From NCBI GenBank assembly GCA_963733195.1, contig CAVTCR010000073.1, forward strand, positions 190,840 through 254,839: a stretch of 64,000 bases of DNA. Reading direction: 5' to 3'. Positions 43,678 through 52,611 of this stretch are shown here, one piece after another (the stretch's first letter is position 1; every line of letters begins with the position of its first letter). Source of the DNA: an uncultured delta proteobacterium. GTDB taxonomy: Bacteria; Desulfobacterota; Binatia; Bin18. The notes beneath the pieces are model-generated. The model was not told the origin of the DNA. It worked only from the letters and a program-made list of their open reading frames with translations, and searched no databases. The translations under genes were made by a program, and so were the position numbers.

Positions 43678-43707
43678 ATTATCGGGTACGTGGCCTACGA
43701 TTGTCAA
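43678..43707 (-). promoter_or_regulatory. Sigma70-like promoter implying a leaderless transcript
   Basis: TTGACA-18 nt-GATAAT, then 7 nt to the ATG at 43670; no SD. Confidence 0.6.
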
Positions 43708-43716
43708 ACCATGCTT

Positions 43717-43797
43717 GCCGGGTGCCACTGGTGGCTCGCCACCAGTGCTAAGTTCCCCCAGACGTTGAACACGGGCAGGTAAGCTGCCCGTGGCACA
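43717..43797 (+). repeat. REP-doublet (REPIN-like) repeat, copy 1
   Basis: GGTGCCACTGGTGGC..GCCACCAGTGC ... CACGGGCAG..CTGCCCGTGGCAC; near-identical to 45537-45616. Confidence 0.85.
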
Positions 43798-43949
43798 GCC
43801 ATCGTGCCGTGGGTTGAAACTCACAGTACCACCATGGCATCGCGAGGTGATAAGGAAACTGCCGCGAAGCAAAGGAGTCTGGCCGTTCACGCCGAGATCG
43901 TTTACTGTGCGCTCTATCAACTCAGGCGACAGAAGAATAAGAAGGACGT

Positions 43950-44234
43950 ATGGAAACAATCATTCCTATCTCCGAATTGCAGAGTCAGACCAAACAGATT
44001 GTGGAGCGGGTAAAAAATACCCGCGATACCGTGATCATCACCCAGCGAGGGAAACCTGCTGCGTTGTTGGTAAACTATGAAGACTACGAAGGAATGGTTG
44101 CGACGCTGGAGGAAATGAGTCAATCGGATTGGCGCGAGCGATTAGCAGAAGCAGAACGTGATTCTCGCGCTGGCAAAGGGATTGAACTAGCAGAGTTTAA
44201 AGCCAAACGGGCCAAGCGTGGTAAGACGAATTAA
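43950..44234 (+). CDS. Phd/YefM-family antitoxin
   Basis: IPISEL, VIITQRGKPAALLV..EDYE..TLE. Confidence 0.92.
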   Translation: METIIPISELQSQTKQIVERVKNTRDTVIITQRGKPAALLVNYEDYEGMVATLEEMSQSDWRERLAEAERDSRAGKGIELAEFKAKRAKRGKTN

Positions 44235-45477
44235 ACTGCTACCACGAGCCGAAAAAGAGTTGGAGGCTCTGTCTCCTGCCATTCAAGGTCAGATTATCAA
44301 CAAGCTCGAACTGCTGCGTGAGTTTCCTGAACTGGGACCGGCGATGTTTGACGCTTTTCAAGGATACCGCTCCCTCTTAGCCGCCAAGAATACCTATCGA
44401 TTATGCGAAATAAGCTACAATGGGTGGGTGCTTGAATATAACCGACTGAAAAAAGACCGACGACGATTGTTGGCGTTGACGGGGCTGACACACAAAGAGT
44501 TTGTCGTGTTGCATCAGGCGTTTCGCACCGCCTATGCGACCGTGTACCCGGAGGACAAAACGGCGGACGGTAGTATCCGCAAGCGACAGGCGGGAGGCGG
44601 TCGCAAAGGGCAGCTGAGGACGACGGAGCAGAAACTGCTGTTTAGCTTGGTGTATCAGAAGACCTATCCGCTGCAGGTGGTGCTGGCCGAGATTTTTGGA
44701 CTGAGCCAGTCACGCGTGAACCGGTGGCTCCAGCGGTTGCTGCCGATTCTGAAGCAAGCGCTGGACGAGTTGGGCGTCTTGCCGACTCGGGAGCCTGACA
44801 AGTTTGCACTCCATGAACGCCGCCACCAGGAAGCGGCGGAGCTGATTATTGACGGGACCGATCGGCGGCGGCAGCGTCCGAAAAACCCGGCCCAACAGGC
44901 CTTGCACTACAGCGGCAAGCAGAAAACGCATAGTGACAAGAACATCGTGGTGGTCAATGCCAAGACCAAGCGCGTGGGCTATTTGAGTCAGACGTATGCC
45001 GGGAAAATGCATGACAAAAAGATCGTCGATACCGAACCGCTTCGCTATCCACGGGGAACAATCCTGTATCAGGACACCGGCTTTCAGGGGTACGCCCCCA
45101 AAGTGCAGCAGACCCACCAGCCGAAAAAAAGCCGCGCAAGGGCGCGTTAACCCGTGGGCAAAAGCGCCACAACCGCAAACTGTCCCGCGTCCGGGTCCGC
45201 GTGGAGCATGCTTTGGCTGGCGTGAAACGCTCCCGGATCGTGAAGGACGTCTTGCGCAATACCAAAACGGACCTGTCAGATTTAGTAATGGTTGTCGCAT
45301 GTGGGTTACACAATCTCCGCGTACGGTACCGCAAACGGCGGCTGCGAACATGAGCGAAAGTTATTCCGCATAATGTCGATCGTTTACCGGATTGTCCATG
45401 AGGATCTCATTGAGGTTGCGTATATCCGCCACTACGCCAGACAGACCCGTCTCCGTGTTATTAGAGAGAAAAAATAA
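44218..45477 (+). pseudogene. RelE/ParE toxin interrupted by an IS5-like element
   Basis: N-part ...AEKELEAL...FPELG...KNTYR ends at 44400; C-part IVYRIVHEDLIEVAYIRH resumes at 45379. Confidence 0.85.
44401..45375 (+). mobile_element. IS5-like (DDE_Tnp_4) insertion sequence, ~975 bp; transposase ~44428-45353 with a -1 frameshift at A7G (45124-45131)
   Basis: Inverted ends TTATGCG(A/G)AATAA; IIDGT.R..QRP, YSGK.K.H, GKMHDK, YQDTGFQG, then RVRVEHA..GVKR after the shift. Confidence 0.88.
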
Positions 45478-45536
45478 TCCAGGGAGAACGTCGGTGCCAC
45501 TGGCGGCTGTTCTTGGGAGAAGTCAAAAGTCAAAGC

Positions 45537-45616
45537 GCCGGGTGCCACTGGTGGCAAGCCACCAGTGCTAATTTCCTCCGGACGTTGAACACGGGCAGCA
45601 AGCTGCCCGTGGCACA
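45537..45616 (+). repeat. REP-doublet (REPIN-like) repeat, copy 2
   Basis: Direct repeat of 43717-43797. Confidence 0.85.
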
Positions 45617-45827
45617 CTTGCCGTGATCTGTCGAATTCCGTCGTGGGTTGAAACCCATAATTACCATCACCGCATCGCACAGCGATGAGGAGGTGCTGCG
45701 GACTGGAGTAAGATGCGTTCTTCGTATCATGCAATTGGCAACATGCTGTCGTTGACCCCAGGAAGTACGTCTTTAGGGGCTCATTTCTCTTGCCCCTTCA
45801 CTTATCTCGCGCTATACGGTTGCGGCA

Positions 45828-46850
45828 ATGGCAGAGAAGCGCACATTGACAGCATTCCCTCGCCCTGAAGACATTTTTGCGCGACTGGAGAAGTCGCCAT
45901 TAGTGTCGCTGTACCTTTTCTACGGCGAGGAGCCGTATCTGATTGAACAAGCTGTTGATTGCGTTCGCCGTCGTATCGGGAAAGGGACTGCTGTTCGTAC
46001 CTTTTCTGTAGGCGAAGATCCACTCGACCGGGTCCTTGATACCTGGGGAGTGCCGTCGTTATTTGCTTCTGCGAACCTCGTGGTACTAAAACGAGCTGAC
46101 CGCCTCAAGGCTGCGGATCGTGAACGATTGGCACGCGAAGCAGAGTTGCGTGATGCGACCCAGCCGCTAGTTGTGTGCGCGCAGGGTCGTATTGATGTCA
46201 CGCAGAAATTCTTTGATCGCTGCACGAAAGTGGGGTTTGTCGCGGAGTTTCGGTCACCCTTTGCGAACCAAATTCCTGCGTGGGCGCAACGCTTTGCGCG
46301 TGAACGGAAGGTCACCCTCACAGAGGAGGCCGCGGCTCTCTTGGCTGATCTGATCGGAGCTGATCTTTTTGCCTTAGCCAATGAAATCGATAAGCTTGCT
46401 GCGTTTGTGTTGCCGAAAGCGGAGATAGATGGGGACGCAGTCACAGCCTGTGTTGGTAATTTGCCAACTTCGACGGTTTTTGATCTCGCTGACGCTCTCG
46501 GGCAGCGTGATCAGCAAAAGGCACTAGCACTGCTTCGGCAAGTACTGATGGATGAACGTGAGGCACTGCCAGTGTTACAAGCCCTGGTCGGTCATTTTCG
46601 CCGTTTGTGGCGAGTCAAAGAATTGGTTGCCAGCGGCGCACCAGAGATGCAGATTGAGCGTGCGACTGGACTGCGAGGCATGCGTCTCCGCGCGTTGCTC
46701 AGCCAAAGTCGGTTGTTTTCTGCCGTCGATTTACGACGGCTGTTTCATCGTGCTGCAGAACTTGACCTCATGTTTAAATCTTCGCGAGTGTCTCCTGCGG
46801 CGCTGTTTGATGTGTTAATTATATCGATATGTGCCCGCCCTACGTCCTAG
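45828..46850 (+). CDS. holA: DNA polymerase III subunit delta
   Basis: YLFYGEEPYL, PSLF...LVV, L.NEIDKL, VFDL.DA; 340 aa. Confidence 0.9.
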   Translation: MAEKRTLTAFPRPEDIFARLEKSPLVSLYLFYGEEPYLIEQAVDCVRRRIGKGTAVRTFSVGEDPLDRVLDTWGVPSLFASANLVVLKRADRLKAADRERLAREAELRDATQPLVVCAQGRIDVTQKFFDRCTKVGFVAEFRSPFANQIPAWAQRFARERKVTLTEEAAALLADLIGADLFALANEIDKLAAFVLPKAEIDGDAVTACVGNLPTSTVFDLADALGQRDQQKALALLRQVLMDEREALPVLQALVGHFRRLWRVKELVASGAPEMQIERATGLRGMRLRALLSQSRLFSAVDLRRLFHRAAELDLMFKSSRVSPAALFDVLIISICARPTS

Positions 46851-46865
46851 GAAAAGGAATCTGAC

Positions 46866-47297
46866 GTGATACGGAAGGTTACGAAACCGTGGACCGAAGT
46901 TCAGCTCGGGTTCACCTTTTTATCTGATGAAGATGGTCCATCGCACTCTGTGCATGAACGTAAGACAACCAAACTGCAAAAGGCTCAGGAAGCGAAAGCC
47001 AAGCCGTACGATTTAGCGGACGCACTTTCTCTCGTGCAGAACCATTTGCTTGAAGCCTCGCTTGACGAGGTCTCTGCCCAGCTCTTGCCACTTTTAGAAC
47101 TCTGCGAAGCGACGTTAACGCGAGCGCTTGATGTTGTTGCGCTCCGCGAAACCGAGCCGCTATTTTCTATTGAAGAACAGCGGAGCCTACGAGGCATTGG
47201 GCAAGCGCAGTGGCTTCTCACTGAAAAAATTGTCCGGCGAGGATCACAGTCGGAGGGGAGACGAGCACAGAAGAAGAGAACGCAGAACGAGGAATGA
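46866..47297 (+). CDS. Hypothetical protein
   Basis: AAGGA SD, GTG start just downstream of holA. Confidence 0.5.
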   Translation: MIRKVTKPWTEVQLGFTFLSDEDGPSHSVHERKTTKLQKAQEAKAKPYDLADALSLVQNHLLEASLDEVSAQLLPLLELCEATLTRALDVVALRETEPLFSIEEQRSLRGIGQAQWLLTEKIVRRGSQSEGRRAQKKRTQNEE

Positions 47298-47348
47298 GGA
47301 ACCGAGGAGCAAGGAAAGGGTTTCCATTTCGCATTCATCCCCCTACGG

Positions 47349-47978
47349 TCAGCGTTTTTCTTGCCGTGTTCCTGCAATCATCTTGCCGATCGCTTCCTTC
47401 AACGGCAACTTCGCCCGCAACGTGGCAAGCGCGTCGATAACGATTTCTATACCGGACAAGATCACCTCGCCATTTTCCGGGCATTCCAATGCCTCAGCCA
47501 GACGAACACCTGTCAGGGTAAAGAGAGGTCCAGGCTCTGGATCAGTTTTCCCGCTACTCAACGAAAAGAGTCCATACTGTATAGCTCGAGTGTTGTAGAG
47601 ATGCAGGAGATCCGCTTGTGTTTCCTCCTGTTCGTCTTCATCTTCATCCGGGCACGCGGCTTGTACGAAGGCGGGAACGGTCGCGCCAACAAGGGCAGTC
47701 ATGAACGCACTATGCAAGTCGGCTGCGGTCTGCTCTGCCACCGTGGCTCGAAACGCCGCGGATGCAATACGATCACAGCTATGCAGCAGGATGATGAGCA
47801 ACTCTGCAATCGCGGCCTGTTGCTTTACAGATTCAGTAAAGGGGTCTTTGGCGAGTTCTTGTGTGACCTCGGTCGATTTTCTCAAGGTCTGCCACGAGGC
47901 GTTGGCAAGACTAAGGAGCTTTGTACTCAGCTCCTGCATTTCTGGCGAAAGTTGTTCACGAATATCTGTGAGTTTCAT
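47349..47978 (-). CDS. Hypothetical protein
   Basis: 209 aa, helical composition, convergent with the previous ORF. Confidence 0.65.
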   Translation of the reverse strand: MKLTDIREQLSPEMQELSTKLLSLANASWQTLRKSTEVTQELAKDPFTESVKQQAAIAELLIILLHSCDRIASAAFRATVAEQTAADLHSAFMTALVGATVPAFVQAACPDEDEDEQEETQADLLHLYNTRAIQYGLFSLSSGKTDPEPGPLFTLTGVRLAEALECPENGEVILSGIEIVIDALATLRAKLPLKEAIGKMIAGTRQEKR

Positions 47979-48070
47979 TGGTGGGTACTTTGTCCTTCAT
48001 CGAGTTTCGCTAAGATGAACATGATGTTGCCGAAAAGGAAAAGAGAAAGCAACGCATTTAGGATGTATGC

Positions 48071-49430
48071 ATGACAAATGTGACGGAGGTCAACGCGCGT
48101 CGCCAGAAATCATTGACCCGCCAGGTCCGCATCGGACGTTTTCTGATCATCACCCAGATGGTCGTACGGATTTACGGCGGATATAAACTCATCCAACTCT
48201 ATGGTCGTTTCATCTCACAGCATGGATTGGACGAACGCTATGCGCGACATCATCGCCGCAGTGCGGAATTAGTTTATCGTACAGCGTTACGCCTCGAAGG
48301 CTGGTTGGTGAAAGCCTGCCAGTTCATCGGTACACGTGCGGATATTCTGCCGCCAGAGTATATTGAAGTACTCTCGCGCCTGCACGACAAAGTCCCGCCG
48401 CGTCCGTTTTCACTCATCAAGCAGCGTATCGAAGAGGAACTCAAAAAGCCGATCGAAGAAGGTCTTTCCCTCGTTTTCTACTGAGCCCATTGCCGCTGCC
48501 TCATTAGCGCAGGTTCACAAAGCATCCCTCAGTGATGGCCGCCAAGTTGCGGTGAAAGTGCAGTATCCTGATGTTGCGGCGCTTGTCGATCTGGATATGC
48601 AAAACATTGCCTTCTTCGTCGAATGGCTAGCGCGTCTGGAGCCGCGCTTCGATTTCCGTTTCGTCATCAAAGAACTGCGTCGCTATATTCCGCTGGAACT
48701 AGATTTTCTCAATGAAGGGAAGAACGCGGAAGCGGTCGGGAAAAACTTCGCCGCGCGGGGAGATGATGTGATCGTGCCGCGCATCTACTGGGAATACACG
48801 ACGAAGAAACTCTTAGTGATGGAGTTTATGGACGGGATCAAGATCACTGAGGTCGGGAAGTTGCGGAGCGCCGGAATCGATACCCGAGCAGTGGCGCAAA
48901 AACTGACCGAGGCCTACTTGCAGCAGATCTTGTTGGACGGACTTTTTCACGCCGACCCACATCCGGGCAATCTTCTCGTCCAGTCTGGACCACGCCTGGT
49001 GTTTCTCGATTTTGGCTTGACCAAAGATTTGCCCGCGGAATTTCCTGCTGAGATGGCGCGATTGACGACCGCGATTGTGACGCAGAATTCCGCAGAGATC
49101 GTCGCCTCGTTCCGTCGCCTAGGGTTTGTGACGAAGAACGGTGGAGATGAGAGTTTACTGGTCCTAGGCGAAGCGATGCTTGGTCACTCAGTGAAAGAGA
49201 ACAAGGCGTATGCTGATCCCGAGATGGTTGAACGCTTCAACAAAGAGATCGATGACGCGATGCGCAAAGATCCGCTTGTTGAAGCGCCGAGTGATTTGGT
49301 CCTGGTGGGTCGAGTGATGGGATTACTCAGTGGAGTTGGGAAGCAGCTGGGATCAGAGGTGAATTTGTTTTCGACGCTTATGCCGTACTTGATCGCAGAA
49401 AATAAGAATCCCGACAGTGTTACGCCGTAG
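48071..49430 (+). CDS. ABC1/UbiB (AarF) family kinase, frameshift near 48460
   Basis: K..QF..TR.DILP.EY, PIAAASLAQVH, VAVKVQYP, ELDF..EG, FHADPHPGN, LDFG. Confidence 0.9.
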
Positions 49431-49466
49431 GGGCGTCCCGCCGGTGAAAGCGGGCTGTCGGGATTC
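49398..49466 (-). terminator. Branched intrinsic terminator
   Basis: 12-bp stem GAATCCCGACAG/CTGTCGGGATTC enclosing two 5-bp hairpins, followed on - by TTATTTTC. Confidence 0.7.
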
Positions 49467-49520
49467 CGGCGGTGCCTGGATGCCTCCAGGGACCACCCAT
49501 AAACATCAGGGTACGTCAGC

Positions 49521-49562
49521 CTAGGAGGCCACCACCTTACACCTCACCGTAATTGCTACCAT
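49521..49562 (-). CDS. 13-aa small ORF MVAITVRCKVVAS
   Basis: ATG directly after AAGGAGGTGATCCAGC; TAG at 49521-49523. Confidence 0.5.
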   Translation of the reverse strand: MVAITVRCKVVAS

Positions 49563-49719
49563 GCTGGATCACCTCCTTCCTCAGCGCACCAACTGCGGGC
49601 CCAGAGTCCGCTCAGCCAGGAACCGATCGCCGAATTATCGGCCCGAGGCGCGGTCCGCTTGCGTCCTGCCGGATTGCAAGAGTCGCAGCGCAAGGGGTTT
49701 GTGTGAACCCGACCTATAA

Positions 49720-49728
49720 ACTATATCA
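49720..49728 (-). promoter_or_regulatory. Extended -10 promoter (TG-A-TATAGT)
   Basis: Matches TGnTATAAT with one mismatch; predicted start at GG 49714/49713. Confidence 0.6.
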
Positions 49729-49795
49729 CTTTATACTCTGAAATCGATGTAAGGTCTAGCCTCTTTAGCGAATCTTTGATCACTGCTGTCCGCTC

Positions 49796-49824
49796 TTGCG
49801 GGAAAAGAGACCGGCCTATATAGT
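49796..49824 (+). promoter_or_regulatory. Sigma70-like promoter
   Basis: TTGCGG-17 nt-TATAGT upstream of ATG 49838. Confidence 0.5.
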
Positions 49825-49837
49825 CCGCCTCACTTTT

Positions 49838-50770
49838 ATGGCGCATTTTCATATCACGGCGGTTTTTGAGACCCGAGGAGCCTCACAGGCTGAGGCTGAG
49901 CGCGTGGCTGCGGCAGCATTCCCTGCTCTGCGTCACCCGCGCATGCATTACTACGAGCACGATACGAGTGGCGGCTTGGGGCCGTATCCTCCGAGCCAGT
50001 CGCTGTACTTCACTACGATCGCTGAGTTCGATGTCGAAGCATACACAGAAGAGAAGGCTGTAGAATTAGCCGAGGATATGCTCGATCGATTCTCAACCGA
50101 TACGATCCATTATCTTGGTCACGGCATTATCCCCGGAGACCGGCGTGTACAACCAGAAGACCGCCACAAATCCCACGAGGAAGAGCATCGACCCTCTTCT
50201 GAGCTAGACGACAAACAGGACGTACAGGAAGAGCAACGCGGCAAAGGCCGTCGCCCTCAGCGCGGACGTGGGCGCGGACGTAAGCCAGGCAGACGAGACA
50301 ATGAGAGTGTCGTAGGTGTCGAGGAGCGAACATCAGAAACAGTGAGGGAAGCCACGAATGTGGCACCTGTCTCCGCTCTTACTGATACGACTCCTCTCGC
50401 GGGGGAATCTGCTGCTGTTCCGCCACCACAGGCGCGCATTGTACGTGAGGCGCCAGTCCCACTAGCTCCTCCTATTGTTGTTGAAGACACGACTCCTCCG
50501 CCTCCCCCGCCGCGTAGTTCGGCAGAAATGCGCGTAACCCTCACTGTTAATCTTCGTGCATCTGAGGTGATACAATCGCACGATCAAGGTGAATCAGGAG
50601 ACGAGGAGCTAATTGCGTTAGCAGTTGCTGAGGCGCGCCGTCGTCACCCGAAGTTGCCAACAGACGTTGCTCCAGACTCCGTGACCTCTCCGTTGCCAGG
50701 GGGAGATCGCCTTATCGCGCTGACCTGGCACTACCAGTCTCCAGTCCCTTCTGCGACAGAGGTAGGATAA
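49838..50770 (+). CDS. Hypothetical protein with a duplicated N-terminal beta-alpha motif and an Arg/Pro-rich disordered linker
   Basis: F....FE....S..EAE..A and F....EFDV.A.TEE.A..LA; RGRGRGR; PPPPPP. Confidence 0.7.
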   Translation: MAHFHITAVFETRGASQAEAERVAAAAFPALRHPRMHYYEHDTSGGLGPYPPSQSLYFTTIAEFDVEAYTEEKAVELAEDMLDRFSTDTIHYLGHGIIPGDRRVQPEDRHKSHEEEHRPSSELDDKQDVQEEQRGKGRRPQRGRGRGRKPGRRDNESVVGVEERTSETVREATNVAPVSALTDTTPLAGESAAVPPPQARIVREAPVPLAPPIVVEDTTPPPPPPRSSAEMRVTLTVNLRASEVIQSHDQGESGDEELIALAVAEARRRHPKLPTDVAPDSVTSPLPGGDRLIALTWHYQSPVPSATEVG

Positions 50771-50785
50771 AGTACCACTCACGAT

Positions 50786-50863
50786 TGTCATTCTGAGCAG
50801 CACGATACATCTTTCTGAGAGATCCTTCGTTGCACTCAGGATAACAACCCTAGTGTACCGATC
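50786..50863 (+). repeat. TGTCATTCTGAGC...CTAGTGTACCGATC hairpin repeat, copy 2
   Basis: Same ends as 28074-28175; lies between convergent genes. Confidence 0.7.
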
Positions 50864-50865
50864 CT

Positions 50866-51861
50866 TTACGGTCTAATTTCGCGCACTCTCCCCGAATAAT
50901 TCTCCTCAATTGCTTTCACTGTCCGATACGCAACCTCAGTGTAAGGGACGGGAATTCCTAACCGTTGTCCTTCTTTGAAAACATAACCAACAGTTTCCTC
51001 GATTTCTGTTTGCTTACCCGCGAGAACGTCTTGCAACATAGACGGAATGATATGAGTCCGCCCACTGGTAGCGACTTGTCGTCCGACTTCGACCAATTTC
51101 CGTACTGCTTCGTCAAATGGCGCATCGCGCATCAACTTCATGTCAAACAAACTCCAGGCCGGATGTTCGGACAACGAGACGCCTTTGGCTCGTGCTACTG
51201 CTGCTACTTCGCGAAACATGTGTACCGACACTGCAGCAAGTTGTGGACTTAACCATACTAAGTGGACAGGGAGACGAGTGATGGCAGACAACGGAGCAAA
51301 GGGATTCTGGAATGCTTGCTTGGTCCATTCGATAGAGACAATATCATCAGCAGCGGCAGCTTTGAGACCAGAGCGAACGAACGCATCAACAATAAAGCTG
51401 ACACGATCCGACTGATGTCTGCCGAGATCACCAAAAAAGGTGACGCCATCGAGTGTGTACTCGACCTCGCCATCACGCACGAGTGTAGCTCCGATCATCG
51501 TGGTCGACCCTATGACTGTATCTTGACCAAAGACGCGGGCGATCTGTTCATTCTTGACGACTCCGTTTTGCAGAGAGGCAACGCCGCCCACTCGCAAGTG
51601 TGCAACCCCTGCAAGTGCTCGCTCCATATCCTTTGTTTTAACGACGATGAGTAGGATGTCGGCTTCATGCAATGTGGCTGCATCCGCCAATGCTGGGACC
51701 TGGACTTGAAAATTGTCGAGCCCACGGAGCTGGAGTCCAGATTGCTGCACGGCAGCTGTATGGCTTGGCCGTGCGATCATGACAACGTCATACCCCGCTC
51801 GTGCCAGATAGCCAGCCACGACCGACCCTACACCTCCTGCTCCCAATACAATCACTCGCAT
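50866..51861 (-). CDS. panE: 2-dehydropantoate 2-reductase family protein
   Basis: GAGGVG, VKT, SLQNG, W.K...N, SMLQD...G..TEI. Confidence 0.88.
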   Translation of the reverse strand: MRVIVLGAGGVGSVVAGYLARAGYDVVMIARPSHTAAVQQSGLQLRGLDNFQVQVPALADAATLHEADILLIVVKTKDMERALAGVAHLRVGGVASLQNGVVKNEQIARVFGQDTVIGSTTMIGATLVRDGEVEYTLDGVTFFGDLGRHQSDRVSFIVDAFVRSGLKAAAADDIVSIEWTKQAFQNPFAPLSAITRLPVHLVWLSPQLAAVSVHMFREVAAVARAKGVSLSEHPAWSLFDMKLMRDAPFDEAVRKLVEVGRQVATSGRTHIIPSMLQDVLAGKQTEIEETVGYVFKEGQRLGIPVPYTEVAYRTVKAIEENYSGRVREIRP

Positions 51862-51990
51862 ACGGTTTTCCTCCTTTGTACGATGCGGAAAGGATTATTC
51901 CGTGCTCGACGAAGAGTTGTCAATGAACGAAGGAGGGATATCCTTGTGCCTCTGCTTAAAGACGTTGTGGAATAGCCCGATGAAGAGAGA

Positions 51991-52584
51991 ATGGGGTACA
52001 AAAGACCAATCAGGCAACAAAAACTGCTTCTCACCGTCATGTTCAGTGTTCTCGGATTGCTATGCGACGGTGTTTTTTCTTCAAGTTTTGCAGTCCCGAA
52101 TTCGGCGATTCGTAGCTTAGTAGGGGTGAAAGCCGTGCGCGTTGTTGCTGAAGACCTGACCGCAGCAATGCAGAAAACTGGATTGCGCAAAGAGCAGATC
52201 CAGGGCACAGCTGAGGAGGCACTACGAAAGAACAGATTTACCGTACTGAGTGCTCAAGAGGCAGGCAGGGTACCACTTGTTTACGTCCGGCTGAGCTCGG
52301 TCTTTGCCAACGCTACCGGAGATGGGCCAATCAGCTTTTATATTACTCTCCAAGTGAAACAGCACGCGACACTGATAAACGGGGGACAAACAACTATCCC
52401 TCAGGTTCAGTCTGGAGCTGAAGAACCTTCACTGATCGTTACCACCTGGGAAGGTGGTACGATGGCGATGGTAAACCCAGAGGAGTTGTTCTTCTATATT
52501 AAGCAAACCTTGCTGAACTTGGTTGGTGACTTGGCCCGTGACCACCAGGAGGCCAACTCAACACAAGTCAGTCGCTCACAATAA
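51991..52584 (+). CDS. Hypothetical exported protein
   Basis: Signal-like N-terminus; SL.G.K.V.V..E.L. Confidence 0.7.
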   Translation: MGYKRPIRQQKLLLTVMFSVLGLLCDGVFSSSFAVPNSAIRSLVGVKAVRVVAEDLTAAMQKTGLRKEQIQGTAEEALRKNRFTVLSAQEAGRVPLVYVRLSSVFANATGDGPISFYITLQVKQHATLINGGQTTIPQVQSGAEEPSLIVTTWEGGTMAMVNPEELFFYIKQTLLNLVGDLARDHQEANSTQVSRSQ

Positions 52585-52611
52585 AAAAAGGGTTTTCTTT
52601 CCGTTGCGCGG

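Larger units (their letters stand above)
49398..49714 (-). ncRNA. Putative structured RNA (~310 nt) with an extended complement to the 16S 3' end and a 13-codon sORF
   Basis: Extended -10 upstream, terminator downstream, several stems, AGGAAGGAGGTGATCCAGC-ATG; no family recognised. Confidence 0.6.

Noticed and set aside
44218-45150. 310-aa ORF as a native novel protein
   Set aside because: Explained by an IS insertion into relE.
47005-47035. YDLADAL resembling FDLADAL in HolA, suggesting a partial duplication
   Set aside because: The similarity is only 6-7 residues and the codons differ.
47361-48074. 237-aa plus-strand ORF and similar long antisense ORFs
   Set aside because: Shadow frames opposite better-supported genes, with atypical composition.
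49563-49581. 16S rRNA gene fragment (GCTGGATCACCTCCTT on +)
   Set aside because: No flanking 16S helix 44/45 sequence or spacer. The context fits a minus-strand SD followed by ATG.
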